Positions 9,140-19,116 of a stretch of DNA of 64,000 nt are shown one piece after another. The number at the start of each line of letters is the position of its first letter. Within the stretch, counting starts at the first letter, position 1. The notes below the pieces were generated by a model, which saw nothing but the letters and a program-made list of their open reading frames with translations, was not told where the DNA came from and searched no databases. The stretch comes from Sedimentisphaerales bacterium (GTDB lineage Bacteria > Planctomycetota > Phycisphaerae > Sedimentisphaerales > SM23-30): assembly GCA_963663965.2 (NCBI GenBank), contig CAXXFK010000013.1:32001-96000 (forward strand), written 5' to 3'. The position numbers and the translations under genes are program-made.

Positions 9140-10397
9140 GGGAATCACCGCGCGTCAGGCGAGTATTCAGGTGGTCCATCGATTGCGTCAGGCCGGCCAT
9201 GAAGCCCTGTTCGCGGGAGGATGTGTCCGGGATATGTTGTTGAAACACCGGCCCTCGGATTTTGATGTGGCGACCAGCGCGCGACCCGGGCAGATTGATC
9301 AACTGTTCAAGCGAACCCTGATGGTTGGGGCCCAGTTTGGCGTCGTTGTTGTTTTATTAGAGAATCAACAGGTGGAGGTCGCTACTTTTCGCAGTGATGC
9401 CGATTACCGGGATGGCCGGCGTCCGGATCATGTGGTGTTTACGGATGCGCGTCATGACGCGTTACGGCGGGATTTTACTATCAATGGAATGTTTTACGAT
9501 CCGGTTGAAGGCGAGGTGATCGATTACGTCGGCGGCCAGGACGACCTGAAGGCGGGAATCATCCGCGCGATTGGGCGACCGCTGGAACGTTTTCAGGAAG
9601 ATCATTTGCGGATCATGCGGGCGGTGCGTTTTTCCGCGCGCTTACAGTTTGCCATTGAACCGGCCACCTGGCGGGCGATCTGCGACTGCGCCGGTGAACT
9701 GGAACGGATCAGTTCCGAGCGGATTATGGATGAACTGGGAAAAATAGTCCTGCATCCATCTCGTGATCAGGGGCTATGGATGGCGCGGCAGTCGGGAATA
9801 TTACCGGTTATTTTTCCGGAATTAAACTCCGAGCGTCTGGATGGCAGCCTCGCCCTGATTCGGCAATTGCCCCGGCGAAGCGATTTTTCCCTGGTACTGG
9901 CCGGGCTGATGGTTGGGCATCCGGGGGTACGGGTTGATAAAGTGTGTCGCCGCCTGAAATTAAGCAATGATATCCGCAAAAAAACGAGTTGGCTCTGTGA
10001 CTCAGTCAGATTATTGCTGGATAGTCTGCCGTTATCCAAGGGCCGGCTCAAGCAATGGCTGGCGCAGGCGGATTTTCCGGATTTATTATCATTGTGCCGG
10101 GCGTATCTGGGTCAGAAGCAGGAATCCTGTGTTCCGATCAAGCGTTTAAAAGATCAGATCCGTCAATTGGGTGATGAACCGATCAATCCGCCCCGTTTTC
10201 TGGATGGCAATGATTTACAGGCTTTAGGATGTCCACCGGGCCCCCTGGTCGGGGAACTGGACAGCGCGCTTTATCTGGCGCAACTTGAAAATGAGGTGAT
10301 CGACCGGGAGCAGGCGGTTGCCTGGGTTCGGGACTGGCTGTCGATCCGATTGGCCGGGGAGGTTAATAATATGCGCATAAATAAAGATCCCGAATAA
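9117..10397 (+). CDS. cca: Class II tRNA nucleotidyltransferase (CCA-adding enzyme), no HD domain
   Basis: GGCVRD..DFDVAT, EVATFR, RRDFTING, EDHLRIMRAVRF. Lacks the poly(A) polymerase G[RK][RK]F signature (has VGAQFG). GAGGAG RBS before the ATG at 9117. Confidence 0.85.
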   Translation: MKSPGPFKGITARQASIQVVHRLRQAGHEALFAGGCVRDMLLKHRPSDFDVATSARPGQIDQLFKRTLMVGAQFGVVVVLLENQQVEVATFRSDADYRDGRRPDHVVFTDARHDALRRDFTINGMFYDPVEGEVIDYVGGQDDLKAGIIRAIGRPLERFQEDHLRIMRAVRFSARLQFAIEPATWRAICDCAGELERISSERIMDELGKIVLHPSRDQGLWMARQSGILPVIFPELNSERLDGSLALIRQLPRRSDFSLVLAGLMVGHPGVRVDKVCRRLKLSNDIRKKTSWLCDSVRLLLDSLPLSKGRLKQWLAQADFPDLLSLCRAYLGQKQESCVPIKRLKDQIRQLGDEPINPPRFLDGNDLQALGCPPGPLVGELDSALYLAQLENEVIDREQAVAWVRDWLSIRLAGEVNNMRINKDPE

Positions 10398-10407
10398 TCG
10401 GGATCTT
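10384..10407. terminator. Hairpin between convergent genes (probable bidirectional terminator)
   Basis: AAGATCCCGA-ATAA-TCGGGATCTT, a perfect 10-bp stem overlapping the cca stop codon. Confidence 0.65.
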
Positions 10408-10458
10408 GAATGGTTTTGGCAGATATTTTAGCGGCTAATACCGGTACGTTCGGTCATA

Positions 10459-13400
10459 TTACAGAATAATGACCTCAAATTCCGAGAATGAATCGGCAGT
10501 TTGAACACTGTCAAGACTGGTGTATGTCACACGCTGTTTTCCCGTGGAGCGTTTGTATTTAGAGATCGTATCGCAAACTGCCGAGCCGGAGACGATACTA
10601 CCGGCCGGGGTATTTAATAACAGGGAATCGATGTCCCGCGCGGCGATCTGGATACTGGACAGTTGTGAGTTCCGGGAACCGATGGACAGTTTGCCAATCG
10701 AGCTGACCGTGTCGAAATCATCCAGGCTATCCGGCATTCCGGGTACCGTGTCTTTAACGCCGGCAAAAATTGAGCCATTCATGGAATCGCTGATAGTCAT
10801 TTGTTCAATGCGGTTTGCCTGAATCGTTCCGCTGATGGTACCCGTAGTGAATTTACCCACACTATCGGCGCTCAGGTCGCCGGTATAATCGCCGCCGATT
10901 TTAGCATTGGCCAGCAGATCCGTGACAGTAATATCGCCGGTGAGGTCGCCTCGTACATTCAATTTACCGATATCGGTGGATGCGGTCAGGTCGCCGATGA
11001 AATTGCCGCGAACAGTCACTTTATCTGCTTCACCGGCTATGACCATATTGCCCGTATAGTCGCCTTTGACCGAGAAATTACTCAGATTGGCACCTGAAGT
11101 AATATCACCTGAAAAGTTTTCCTTGAAGTTCAGTTTCCGAATGTCTCCAGTCGTGGCAATATCGATCGCGCTATCCCCGGACCGGATTGACAGGTTGTCG
11201 ATACTGCCGGCAGTAATCGATCCGGCCGTCCAGGTGTCGGCTTTGATATTGACGTTACCACCGGCAATAAGATTGGCATCAGTGAGGTCGCCGGCTTTAA
11301 TTGAGACGCTTTCGCTGTTATTCCCCACGTTTAAGGTCCTGAACGATTCGATTTTAACGGTACGGCAGTGGGTGCCGGCAATCGTGATCGTGTCACTGAC
11401 GGTTAATTCGGGTGCATTCAGTGTCGTCAGGTCAGAGACAGTCAGATTTTCGATCGTCAGGGTATCTCCGTCAGTGGCAATTGAAACCGTCGCGTTGGCG
11501 CCGCCGGGAACAACCAGATTGTAACAATCGGCGCGTTCATCAGTATTGCCCGAAAGTAGTAAGTAGCCCGTCGCGCCGGCACTGGTCCTGATGGTTACGT
11601 TGTTACCCTCTCCGTCAATATATGATAGGGTATCGTTGGCCGGAAGGCTGACTCGATTGGGAACCAGGACTTCGGCTTTAACGGCTTCACCCACGTTATT
11701 CGTGCTGTCTTTCGGAACGATATAAACATCGTACCAGCCATAATTCACCTGACCTCCTGTGGTCACGGCGGCGGCGATATCCACCACGAATTTACCCGTG
11801 ATCGAGTCGGGAATGGCGGTCAGTTGGGTATCACTGCCGGTATCCAAACCGTTGCCGGCGATATCGATATAGAAAGTCAGGCTGACCGGGTCGCCCTGAT
11901 CATCGGTCGCGGTAATATCGAAGGTGAGTTCACCATCCGTTGAAGTGACGGGAGCGCCGTCGATCAGATTGTTGCCCTGCGGATGCAGGGTGTTGTCTGG
12001 ATTCGCAGGAATCACGATTTCCGGGGCATCATCATAAGAGCTGATATTGACCGGGATCGCCGCCGTGGAGGTCTGGTCCGCTCCGCCACCGGCTCCGGTA
12101 TCGATGGCGGTGATGATAATCGTATCAGAGCCATTGTAGTCCAGATCCGGTGTATACACGATGGAAGCCAGCGCGGCGTTTATCGAAGTGAGATTGCCCG
12201 TTAATGAAGAAACATTCAGGGTTCCGTGACTGGCGCTCAGGGCTACGGATAGTTGTCCGGAACTGGTATCCGGGTCACTGAGGGATATTCCGGTGATGGT
12301 GACAGCGGTATCCTCCAGGGTTAAGAGAGTTCCGGATGGGATGGTGATAGCGGGTGCGTCGTCGATTGAGAGGATCGTGATCGTAAATGTTTCGGTATTG
12401 CCGGTTGCGTCACCGCCATTGGCCGTGCCACCGTTATCACTGAGTGAAACCGTTACGGTAACCTCTCCATAAGCTTCCGGCGCCGGAGTAAAGGTCAGCA
12501 CGCCGCTGCTATTGATGGCCGGCAGGACCGTAAATAAATCATCATTATTGGTTGAGACCGTAAAGGTCAGGGTCTGTGAGGCCGTTTCGTCGTCGGCTCC
12601 GGCACTGATTGAAGTCGCCCAGGCGGCAGTATACGCGCCGCTGCCCTCATTGATTTCGAGGTCGGAGCCCTTGACAAAGGAGGGTTCATCGTTTACCGCG
12701 GTGACGTGGATGATCATGCTTTTGGTCGTAGCACTGAAGTCGGTACCGTCATGGACTTTGAAGTTGAAATAGGCATAATAATTACCATTGGCGTTGGCGG
12801 CCGGCAGGTAGGTTAGTTTGCCGGCAGTAATGTCAGTTGAGGTTATTTCATCATTGACAGCCGCCGCACCGCCGTTGATTTTGAGGGTCCCGGCGGTTGG
12901 CAGACCCACGATCCGGATTTTGGATAAACTATCGTTATCGGTATCATCGAAATTGAAATCGGCCACGGTGAATGTCGCGGTGCTGTCTTCCAGGACCGTA
13001 ACGGAGGGTGAACCGGTTACGGTCGGCGCTGTATTGAAATACCAGTTGGTATTGTTGCCGCTGTCAGTACTGTTCGTGCTGTGGAGATTAATGCTGGAAC
13101 CGCTGATGTTGTTGGAATCTTTGAGGTTCAGATAAGAAAGGGTATTGGTGCCTTGTGGATCAATTTTCCACTGGGTGCCGGTCGACGAACTGCGCAGGCT
13201 GAGCTGGTTGCTGACGACACCTTCAAGTTGCAGGGTATTGGTAATGGTTTGAGTCGAACCGGCTTCAAAGGTCAGGGTATCAGCAGTCTCAACTTCTTTA
13301 ATCAGTTTATAAAAGGTATTATCATCATTGATGGTCTGGCTGGCGCCATTCAGCGTAACCGTGTTGTTGTTGTGGGTGAAGGTGCCGCTATTGGTCCAGT

Positions 13401-15996
13401 CACCAGCCAGTGTAATCGCTTTGCCATTGGCGTCCAGGGTGTCACCGGTTTCAATGGTCAGGTCATCGATATCCGTGGCGCTGGTCAGGGTAAGTGTCTG
13501 GTTGTCCGTCGCGCTATCGATGGTCAGATCATAATCTCCGGTGAATTTTGAGCCATCATGATTCGCCGTGGCCGTATATTGAACGATACCAGAACCGGTT
13601 ACGGAGCCGGTTAACGCGGCGCTGCCACCTAACGTCAGCGTTTTGCTATTAAGGGCCAATGCGCCGGAGGCGCTGTTCACCGTAAGGGTTCCTGCGGAGG
13701 TATTGGCGCCCAATGTCACTGTTTTGGCGCCCGATACCGTCAGATCGTAGGCGCCGGTAAATTTATCACCGCTATGAGTGGCAGTATTGTCATAGATCAC
13801 CGTTCCGTTTCCTGTGACATTTCCGGTTAAGGCGGCCGTATTGCTTAAGGTGAGCGTATTGCCGGCCAGGGCCAGTGAGCCCCCGGAATTATCTATGGTT
13901 AAGGTGCCGACTTGCAGATTTCCGCTCATGGTAATGCCCTTGGCGCCGGTGATCGTCAGGGCGGTAATTGTGGCATTATCGGCGCTGAGCGGGGTGTTGT
14001 CGGTGTCATAGGCCAGGGTGACGGCAGAGAGCGTACCGGTTCCACTCAGGGTGAGTTGTTTGTTGTCGGCCGGCGCGGCGGTCGCCGTCAGGGTTTTGCC
14101 GGCGGCCAGATCGATGGTGCCGGATTCACTGACGGTCAGGGTAGTGATGGTGCAATCTTCATTAATGTCCAGGGTGTTACCGGTATTTGAAATCGTCACT
14201 GTGGAAAGAGTTCCTTTCCCGGACAGGGTAAGCGTCTTATTCATAGCCGGGTTGGCAGTGGCGGTCAGGGTTTTGCCGCTGGCAATATCGATCGTGCCGG
14301 TTTCGCTTAAGGTTAACGTGGTAATTGTGCCGCTTTCGTTGACATCCAGGGTATTGCCGGTATTAGAAATCGTCACTGCTGAGACAGTGCCGGCCCCGGA
14401 AAGTGTCAGGGTTTTGTTGACAGCCGGATTGGCGGTAGCGGTCAGGGTTTTCCCGCTGGCGACATCGATCGTCCCGGTTTCACTGAGAGTCAGTGTTGTC
14501 ACCGTACAACTCTCATTAATATCCAGGGTCGTGCCGGTGTTGGAGAGGGTGACTGCCGATACCGTCCCCTTACCGGAGAGGGTCAGGGTTTTGTCCTGGG
14601 CGGGAGTGGCGGCGGCAGTCAGCGTCAGGGTTTTGGTGTCCGCAACATCAACCGTAGCCGATTCATTCAGGGTCAGGGCGCTGACCGTACAGCTCTCATT
14701 GACATCCAGGGTGGTGTCATCGTTATCCAGAACGATTTTGGAAATCGTTCCGGTACTGGACAGGGTCAGGATTTTTTCCGAAGCAAGATCCGGATTGGTC
14801 AACGTCAGGGTTTTGGTGTTGGCGACATCGAGGGTGGCCGATTCGTTGATGTCGAGCGTGGTAATCGTACAGCTTTCATCAACGTTGAGTGTCGTTCCCG
14901 TGTTGTCGATACTGAGTTTGGATAAGGTGCCGGCTTCTCCCAGGGTTAATGTCTTATCTTCCGCCAGGGTGGTATTGGTCAAAGTGAGGGTTTTGGTATT
15001 GGCGATATTCACCGAAGCGTTCTGGTTAATGGTCAGAGAATTGACCGAACAGGATGCATTGACATCCAGAACAGAACCGGATCCGTTCAGGATGATCGAG
15101 GTAATGGCGCCGGTGGATGCCAGGGACAGGGTTTCATTGGCACTGACGCGTGCGGTGGTGGTGAGCGTTTTAGTATTGGCGACATCGACTGTCGCTGAAT
15201 CGACGATGGATAAGGTGGTGACCGAGCCGCTTTCGTCGACATCGAGAGTGGTCCCGGCATTGGCCAGAGAAACGGTGGTGATGGTTCCTTGTCCATCTAA
15301 TAACAGCGTTTTGGTGGCTGCCGGTCGTGCGGTGGTGGTGAGAGTTTTGTTATTGGCTACGGTGATCGTGCAATCATCGGATAGTGTCAGGGTCGTGATC
15401 GTGGCATTGCCATAAGCGGCCAGTTGTGCGGCCGCGCCCCCCAGACTCAGAGTCGATACGTTGGCGCCGTCACCGGTAAGGTTAACCACATTGTCTCCGG
15501 CGCTGATGGTGCTGTTGACCGGGCCGGTAATATTGAGGTTATTTCCAGTATCCGTCGGTGAAAAGTCAATCTCTCCGGTACCGCCGCCCCCAAAGATCAG
15601 GGTGCCGTTATTAATAATCGTTGCATCGCCATTATCGGTATCATTCCCTAGCATTAGATTGGCTGTACCGTTAAAATTAATAGTCAGGGATCCCCCCGAT
15701 TCAATATTCAGTGTTCCAATTCGGTCGGTATCGGCAGTGTTCAAATTAAAAACAACGGTTTCACCATCGGCGATATTAACCGTATCACCATGGGCGGCGA
15801 TGCTGGCATTGATTACTGCATCGGAATAGGTTCCTGAGGTTGGCGCCCAGGTAGCCAGTAATGCGCGCTGTTCGAGAGTTTCCAGTCGTAAAGATTTTTT
15901 GGGTATTCCTGATGAATTATTGGACTTTAATGGATTCGACAGGATGTTGTTGAGGCCGGTACGCTGGATCAATCTTCTGAGCTTACGCATGATCAT
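10459..15996 (-). CDS. 1845-aa surface/extracellular protein: LExLExRxLL N-terminal motif, beta-helical repeats, cadherin-like/Ig (tandem-95-type) domains, C-terminal beta-solenoid
   Basis: RLETLEQRALLA motif, Thr-rich ~59-aa repeats, NTAP..LED..DTDNDSL..YLPAANANG..VTAVNDEPSF cadherin-like pattern, CAGGAG RBS. Confidence 0.85.
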   Translation of the reverse strand: MIMRKLRRLIQRTGLNNILSNPLKSNNSSGIPKKSLRLETLEQRALLATWAPTSGTYSDAVINASIAAHGDTVNIADGETVVFNLNTADTDRIGTLNIESGGSLTINFNGTANLMLGNDTDNGDATIINNGTLIFGGGGTGEIDFSPTDTGNNLNITGPVNSTISAGDNVVNLTGDGANVSTLSLGGAAAQLAAYGNATITTLTLSDDCTITVANNKTLTTTARPAATKTLLLDGQGTITTVSLANAGTTLDVDESGSVTTLSIVDSATVDVANTKTLTTTARVSANETLSLASTGAITSIILNGSGSVLDVNASCSVNSLTINQNASVNIANTKTLTLTNTTLAEDKTLTLGEAGTLSKLSIDNTGTTLNVDESCTITTLDINESATLDVANTKTLTLTNPDLASEKILTLSSTGTISKIVLDNDDTTLDVNESCTVSALTLNESATVDVADTKTLTLTAAATPAQDKTLTLSGKGTVSAVTLSNTGTTLDINESCTVTTLTLSETGTIDVASGKTLTATANPAVNKTLTLSGAGTVSAVTISNTGNTLDVNESGTITTLTLSETGTIDIASGKTLTATANPAMNKTLTLSGKGTLSTVTISNTGNTLDINEDCTITTLTVSESGTIDLAAGKTLTATAAPADNKQLTLSGTGTLSAVTLAYDTDNTPLSADNATITALTITGAKGITMSGNLQVGTLTIDNSGGSLALAGNTLTLSNTAALTGNVTGNGTVIYDNTATHSGDKFTGAYDLTVSGAKTVTLGANTSAGTLTVNSASGALALNSKTLTLGGSAALTGSVTGSGIVQYTATANHDGSKFTGDYDLTIDSATDNQTLTLTSATDIDDLTIETGDTLDANGKAITLAGDWTNSGTFTHNNNTVTLNGASQTINDDNTFYKLIKEVETADTLTFEAGSTQTITNTLQLEGVVSNQLSLRSSSTGTQWKIDPQGTNTLSYLNLKDSNNISGSSINLHSTNSTDSGNNTNWYFNTAPTVTGSPSVTVLEDSTATFTVADFNFDDTDNDSLSKIRIVGLPTAGTLKINGGAAAVNDEITSTDITAGKLTYLPAANANGNYYAYFNFKVHDGTDFSATTKSMIIHVTAVNDEPSFVKGSDLEINEGSGAYTAAWATSISAGADDETASQTLTFTVSTNNDDLFTVLPAINSSGVLTFTPAPEAYGEVTVTVSLSDNGGTANGGDATGNTETFTITILSIDDAPAITIPSGTLLTLEDTAVTITGISLSDPDTSSGQLSVALSASHGTLNVSSLTGNLTSINAALASIVYTPDLDYNGSDTIIITAIDTGAGGGADQTSTAAIPVNISSYDDAPEIVIPANPDNTLHPQGNNLIDGAPVTSTDGELTFDITATDDQGDPVSLTFYIDIAGNGLDTGSDTQLTAIPDSITGKFVVDIAAAVTTGGQVNYGWYDVYIVPKDSTNNVGEAVKAEVLVPNRVSLPANDTLSYIDGEGNNVTIRTSAGATGYLLLSGNTDERADCYNLVVPGGANATVSIATDGDTLTIENLTVSDLTTLNAPELTVSDTITIAGTHCRTVKIESFRTLNVGNNSESVSIKAGDLTDANLIAGGNVNIKADTWTAGSITAGSIDNLSIRSGDSAIDIATTGDIRKLNFKENFSGDITSGANLSNFSVKGDYTGNMVIAGEADKVTVRGNFIGDLTASTDIGKLNVRGDLTGDITVTDLLANAKIGGDYTGDLSADSVGKFTTGTISGTIQANRIEQMTISDSMNGSIFAGVKDTVPGMPDSLDDFDTVSSIGKLSIGSRNSQLSSIQIAARDIDSLLLNTPAGSIVSGSAVCDTISKYKRSTGKQRVTYTSLDSVQTADSFSEFEVIIL
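13950..15495 (-). repeat. About 8 full plus 1 partial tandem repeats of 59-61 aa (~177-183 bp) within the 1845-aa protein
   Basis: Example unit: LTLSGKGTVSAVTLSNTGTTLDINESCTVTTLTLSETGTIDVASGKTLTATANPAVNKT; the last three full copies are the most similar. Confidence 0.9.
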
Positions 15997-16295
15997 GCTC
16001 TCCTGTTGGGTTAATCTGAGATACTAATCGAGACAATTTTAAAGCAGGTCCGGATAATGTTACTGTAATTTATTGCAACATAGCAGTTTACAAAAAACAA
16101 CACTATCGGGTTTCGATTCAACGGATTTTATCACAATTCCGGGGTAACAGGGCCGGACAGAGTGGATGCCAAATCCAGTAAACATAGAAAATATCGGCCG
16201 TTAAAATAGGTAAGCTAAGTTAGATCTGTAAAATGTTTGTACTCAAACCTGAAAGCGGCTCTGGATTGAGATGCCGGATCGATCATAAACCATAT

Positions 16296-17213
16296 TTAAC
16301 GTAAATGGTTCAGAATGGCCTGTTTGCGGTATCGGTCAGGCGCAATCCCTACAAATTTCTTAAAGACGCGAGACAGGTAGTATTCGTCAGAGAATCCCAC
16401 CTGACGGGCAATGTGATATAAGGTATGGTCGGTACTGAGCAGGAGTTTCTGAGCCTCCTGAACGCGGCGTTTATTGATGTACTGGATGGGAGAGATCCCC
16501 AGCAGATTACTGAAGAGGTTGGAAAAGTAGGTAGGATTAAGATTGGCGATTTTGGCCAGAGATTCGATTTTAAGACTGGCGCCCAGATTGTCTTCGATGT
16601 AATCCAGTACGGTATCAAAGCGTGTCAGACCGTGCAGGGTATTAGAGGTGTGGGGTTGGTCATATTCCCGGAAAAAGACGGACAGGAGTATTCGTAACAG
16701 GGCATTGGTTTCCAGGATATTGGCCGGGGGTTTATCCCGGTCCTGCTGAATAGCGCGGTCGACTAACTGGCCATAGATGGGTTTATTGGCATCGTAGTCG
16801 ATGAGTTCTTTGCCGGGATTCAGTTCAATCAAGCGGTCCAGAACCGCCGGACCAATCCGGCAATCGGAGGCGGAGGCCTGGTAATTGCACCTGAAAATCG
16901 AAAGAATATCCAGTCCGGAAGGGATTCGAGAGGTAAAATGGATATAATAATGGCTGAATTGTTTCGGGCAATAGAGATTGACCGTGGTAAAGCAGGGGAT
17001 CAGGTAAAGATGATCAGGCAGCAGGGTATACTCTCTGTCATGATGGATTATCTGGCCATAGCCTTTAGTGATGTAGTAAATTCTTGAGTAAGGGTTGTTA
17101 ACATTCTGGTAGTTCCATTCGGTGCCAACGGTATAAAATTCGATATTCAGCAAGGTGATATCTAGATTATCCAAAATACTTTTCAATTCACGGGATTTGG
17201 GCATTTGGGCCAT
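16296..17213 (-). CDS. AraC-family transcriptional regulator
   Basis: N-terminal cupin-like sensor domain; C-terminal double HTH (LAKIANLNPTYFSNLF; IARQVGFSDEYYLSRVFKKFVGIAPDRYRK); divergent from the fucose genes. Confidence 0.93.
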   Translation of the reverse strand: MAQMPKSRELKSILDNLDITLLNIEFYTVGTEWNYQNVNNPYSRIYYITKGYGQIIHHDREYTLLPDHLYLIPCFTTVNLYCPKQFSHYYIHFTSRIPSGLDILSIFRCNYQASASDCRIGPAVLDRLIELNPGKELIDYDANKPIYGQLVDRAIQQDRDKPPANILETNALLRILLSVFFREYDQPHTSNTLHGLTRFDTVLDYIEDNLGASLKIESLAKIANLNPTYFSNLFSNLLGISPIQYINKRRVQEAQKLLLSTDHTLYHIARQVGFSDEYYLSRVFKKFVGIAPDRYRKQAILNHLR

Positions 17214-17502
17214 CTGGAAGGGTCTCCTGTAACAGAAACATGCCGGAATATGAATGAATACCTGCGATTTGTCAGGTTTGGAAAAATGAAAAATATCGCA
17301 AGAATAATCTGAAAAACTAGTTTTACATATACCAGAAACTGGACTTAAAGCACATAAAAATAAAGGATTTTTATGGATAATTCCAGGATAAATAAACGCA
17401 AATTCTGTGAAATGTATAAAATAAATGTGAATTGTGTATTGTGAGTTACAGGATTATCAATTAAGTATATGGTCATTAATTCTATCAAGAAGGGAATTTA
17501 AA

Positions 17503-18933
17503 ATGAGAACAGCCAATCGCAGACTTTGTATTTCAGGTGAAACGGTGAAATGGAAAATTGTACGGATTGGAATCATTTTCTTTCTGTTTCAACTGATCCT
17601 GTCAACACCGCTACCAGCGAAATCCTGGCGCGAGGAAACGGATCAGGAGCGAGATACGCGTTTGGAATGGTGGCGTGAAGCCCGTTTTGGCATGTTTATC
17701 CACTGGGGCCTATATGCCGTTCCTGCGGGTACCTGGAATGGTAAAGAGGTGGGGGGGATTGGTGAATGGATCATGCACCACGGCCAGATCCCGGTGGAAG
17801 ATTATGAAAAATATTGTCAGCAGTTCAATCCGGTGAAATTTGACGCGGATGCCTGGGCGCGGATGGCCGCGGACGCCGGTATGAAATATCTGGTAATTAC
17901 CAGTAAACACCATGACGGATTCTGTTTGTGGGATAGCAAGGTTAGCGATTACGATATCATCGATCGGACCGGGTTTAAACGGGATACCCTGGCGGAGCTG
18001 GCCCAAGCCTGTAAGAAGCATGGGGTACGGCTTTGCTTTTACCATTCGATCATGGACTGGCATCATCCGGATTACCTGCCGCGGCGTCCCTGGGAGAAGC
18101 GGTCCGCGGAGGGAGCGGATTACAACCGTTATGTCGCGTATATGAAAGCCCAGCTTAAAGAACTGGTTCAGCGTTACGATCCGGGTATTCTGTGGTTTGA
18201 CGGCGAGTGGGAAAAAACCTGGACGCACGAGGAAGGGTTGAAGCTTTACGATTATGTCCGCTCGTTAAAACCGGATATTCTGGTCAATAACCGGGTGGAT
18301 AAAGGGCGGCAGGGCATGAAAGGCATTCATGACGCCAAGGAGTTCGCCGGCGATTTTGGCACGCCCGAACAGGAAATCCCCGCAACCGGCTTACCCGGTT
18401 ATGACTGGGAAACCTGCATGACGATGAACGATACCTGGGGATTTAAGAGTAATGATCACAATTGGAAATCGACCAGGACCCTCATCCAGAACCTGGTGGA
18501 TATCGCCAGTAAGGGAGGAAATTTTCTGCTGAATATCGGCCCGAAAGCCGATGGAACATTTCCCCAGGAAAGTATCGAACGTTTGGCGGAAATGGGGCAA
18601 TGGATGAAAGTCAATGGCGAATCGATTTATGGTACCTCGGCCAGTCCGTTCACAAAACTCGAGTGGGGGCGCTGTACCAAAAAAATCGAAGGCAGCAGCG
18701 CCACATTGTACCTGCATGTATTTAACTGGCCGGCGGATGGACAGTTGATGGTGCCGGGATTAAATGTCGGCCGTTCCATTGCCAGGAGTTATCTGCTGGC
18801 GAATGGAAAGGTGGTCAAATTGGTTTCAAACGACCAGGGTGTTTCGATAAATGTTGGCGCCAAACCGGTTGATCCGATCGATACTGTAGTGGTTGTGAAG
18901 ATTCAAGGGCCTTACACGATTGTGGAAAAGTAA
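17503..18933 (+). CDS. Alpha-L-fucosidase (GH29), secreted
   Basis: WWREARFGMFIHWG, TSKHHDGF, LWFDGEW nucleophile motif, GGNFLLNIGP. Start uncertain; ATG at 17503 chosen. Confidence 0.93.
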   Translation: MRTANRRLCISGETVKWKIVRIGIIFFLFQLILSTPLPAKSWREETDQERDTRLEWWREARFGMFIHWGLYAVPAGTWNGKEVGGIGEWIMHHGQIPVEDYEKYCQQFNPVKFDADAWARMAADAGMKYLVITSKHHDGFCLWDSKVSDYDIIDRTGFKRDTLAELAQACKKHGVRLCFYHSIMDWHHPDYLPRRPWEKRSAEGADYNRYVAYMKAQLKELVQRYDPGILWFDGEWEKTWTHEEGLKLYDYVRSLKPDILVNNRVDKGRQGMKGIHDAKEFAGDFGTPEQEIPATGLPGYDWETCMTMNDTWGFKSNDHNWKSTRTLIQNLVDIASKGGNFLLNIGPKADGTFPQESIERLAEMGQWMKVNGESIYGTSASPFTKLEWGRCTKKIEGSSATLYLHVFNWPADGQLMVPGLNVGRSIARSYLLANGKVVKLVSNDQGVSINVGAKPVDPIDTVVVVKIQGPYTIVEK

Positions 18934-19116
18934 TCACTACGGTGTTTTCTAACGGACTTACGTTTGCTATTTTTCTGATTTGATCTGTAGTAGATATAAC
19001 CGTAGTTAAATAAAACTGCAAATTTGCATTCGTAACAATTATTCATAAAAGATGGTATGTACAATTTATTCACACAGAATCCGGTTTTTACCGGGATTTC
19101 TGAGAAAGGGATAACG

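Noticed and set aside
14018..15415. 465-aa plus-strand V/S/R-rich ORF
   Set aside because: Antisense shadow of the Thr-rich repeat array
13950..15495. Regularly spaced DNA repeats considered as a CRISPR array or DGR template
   Set aside because: They are degenerate, in-frame coding repeats with no unique spacers, and no cas or reverse transcriptase gene is present
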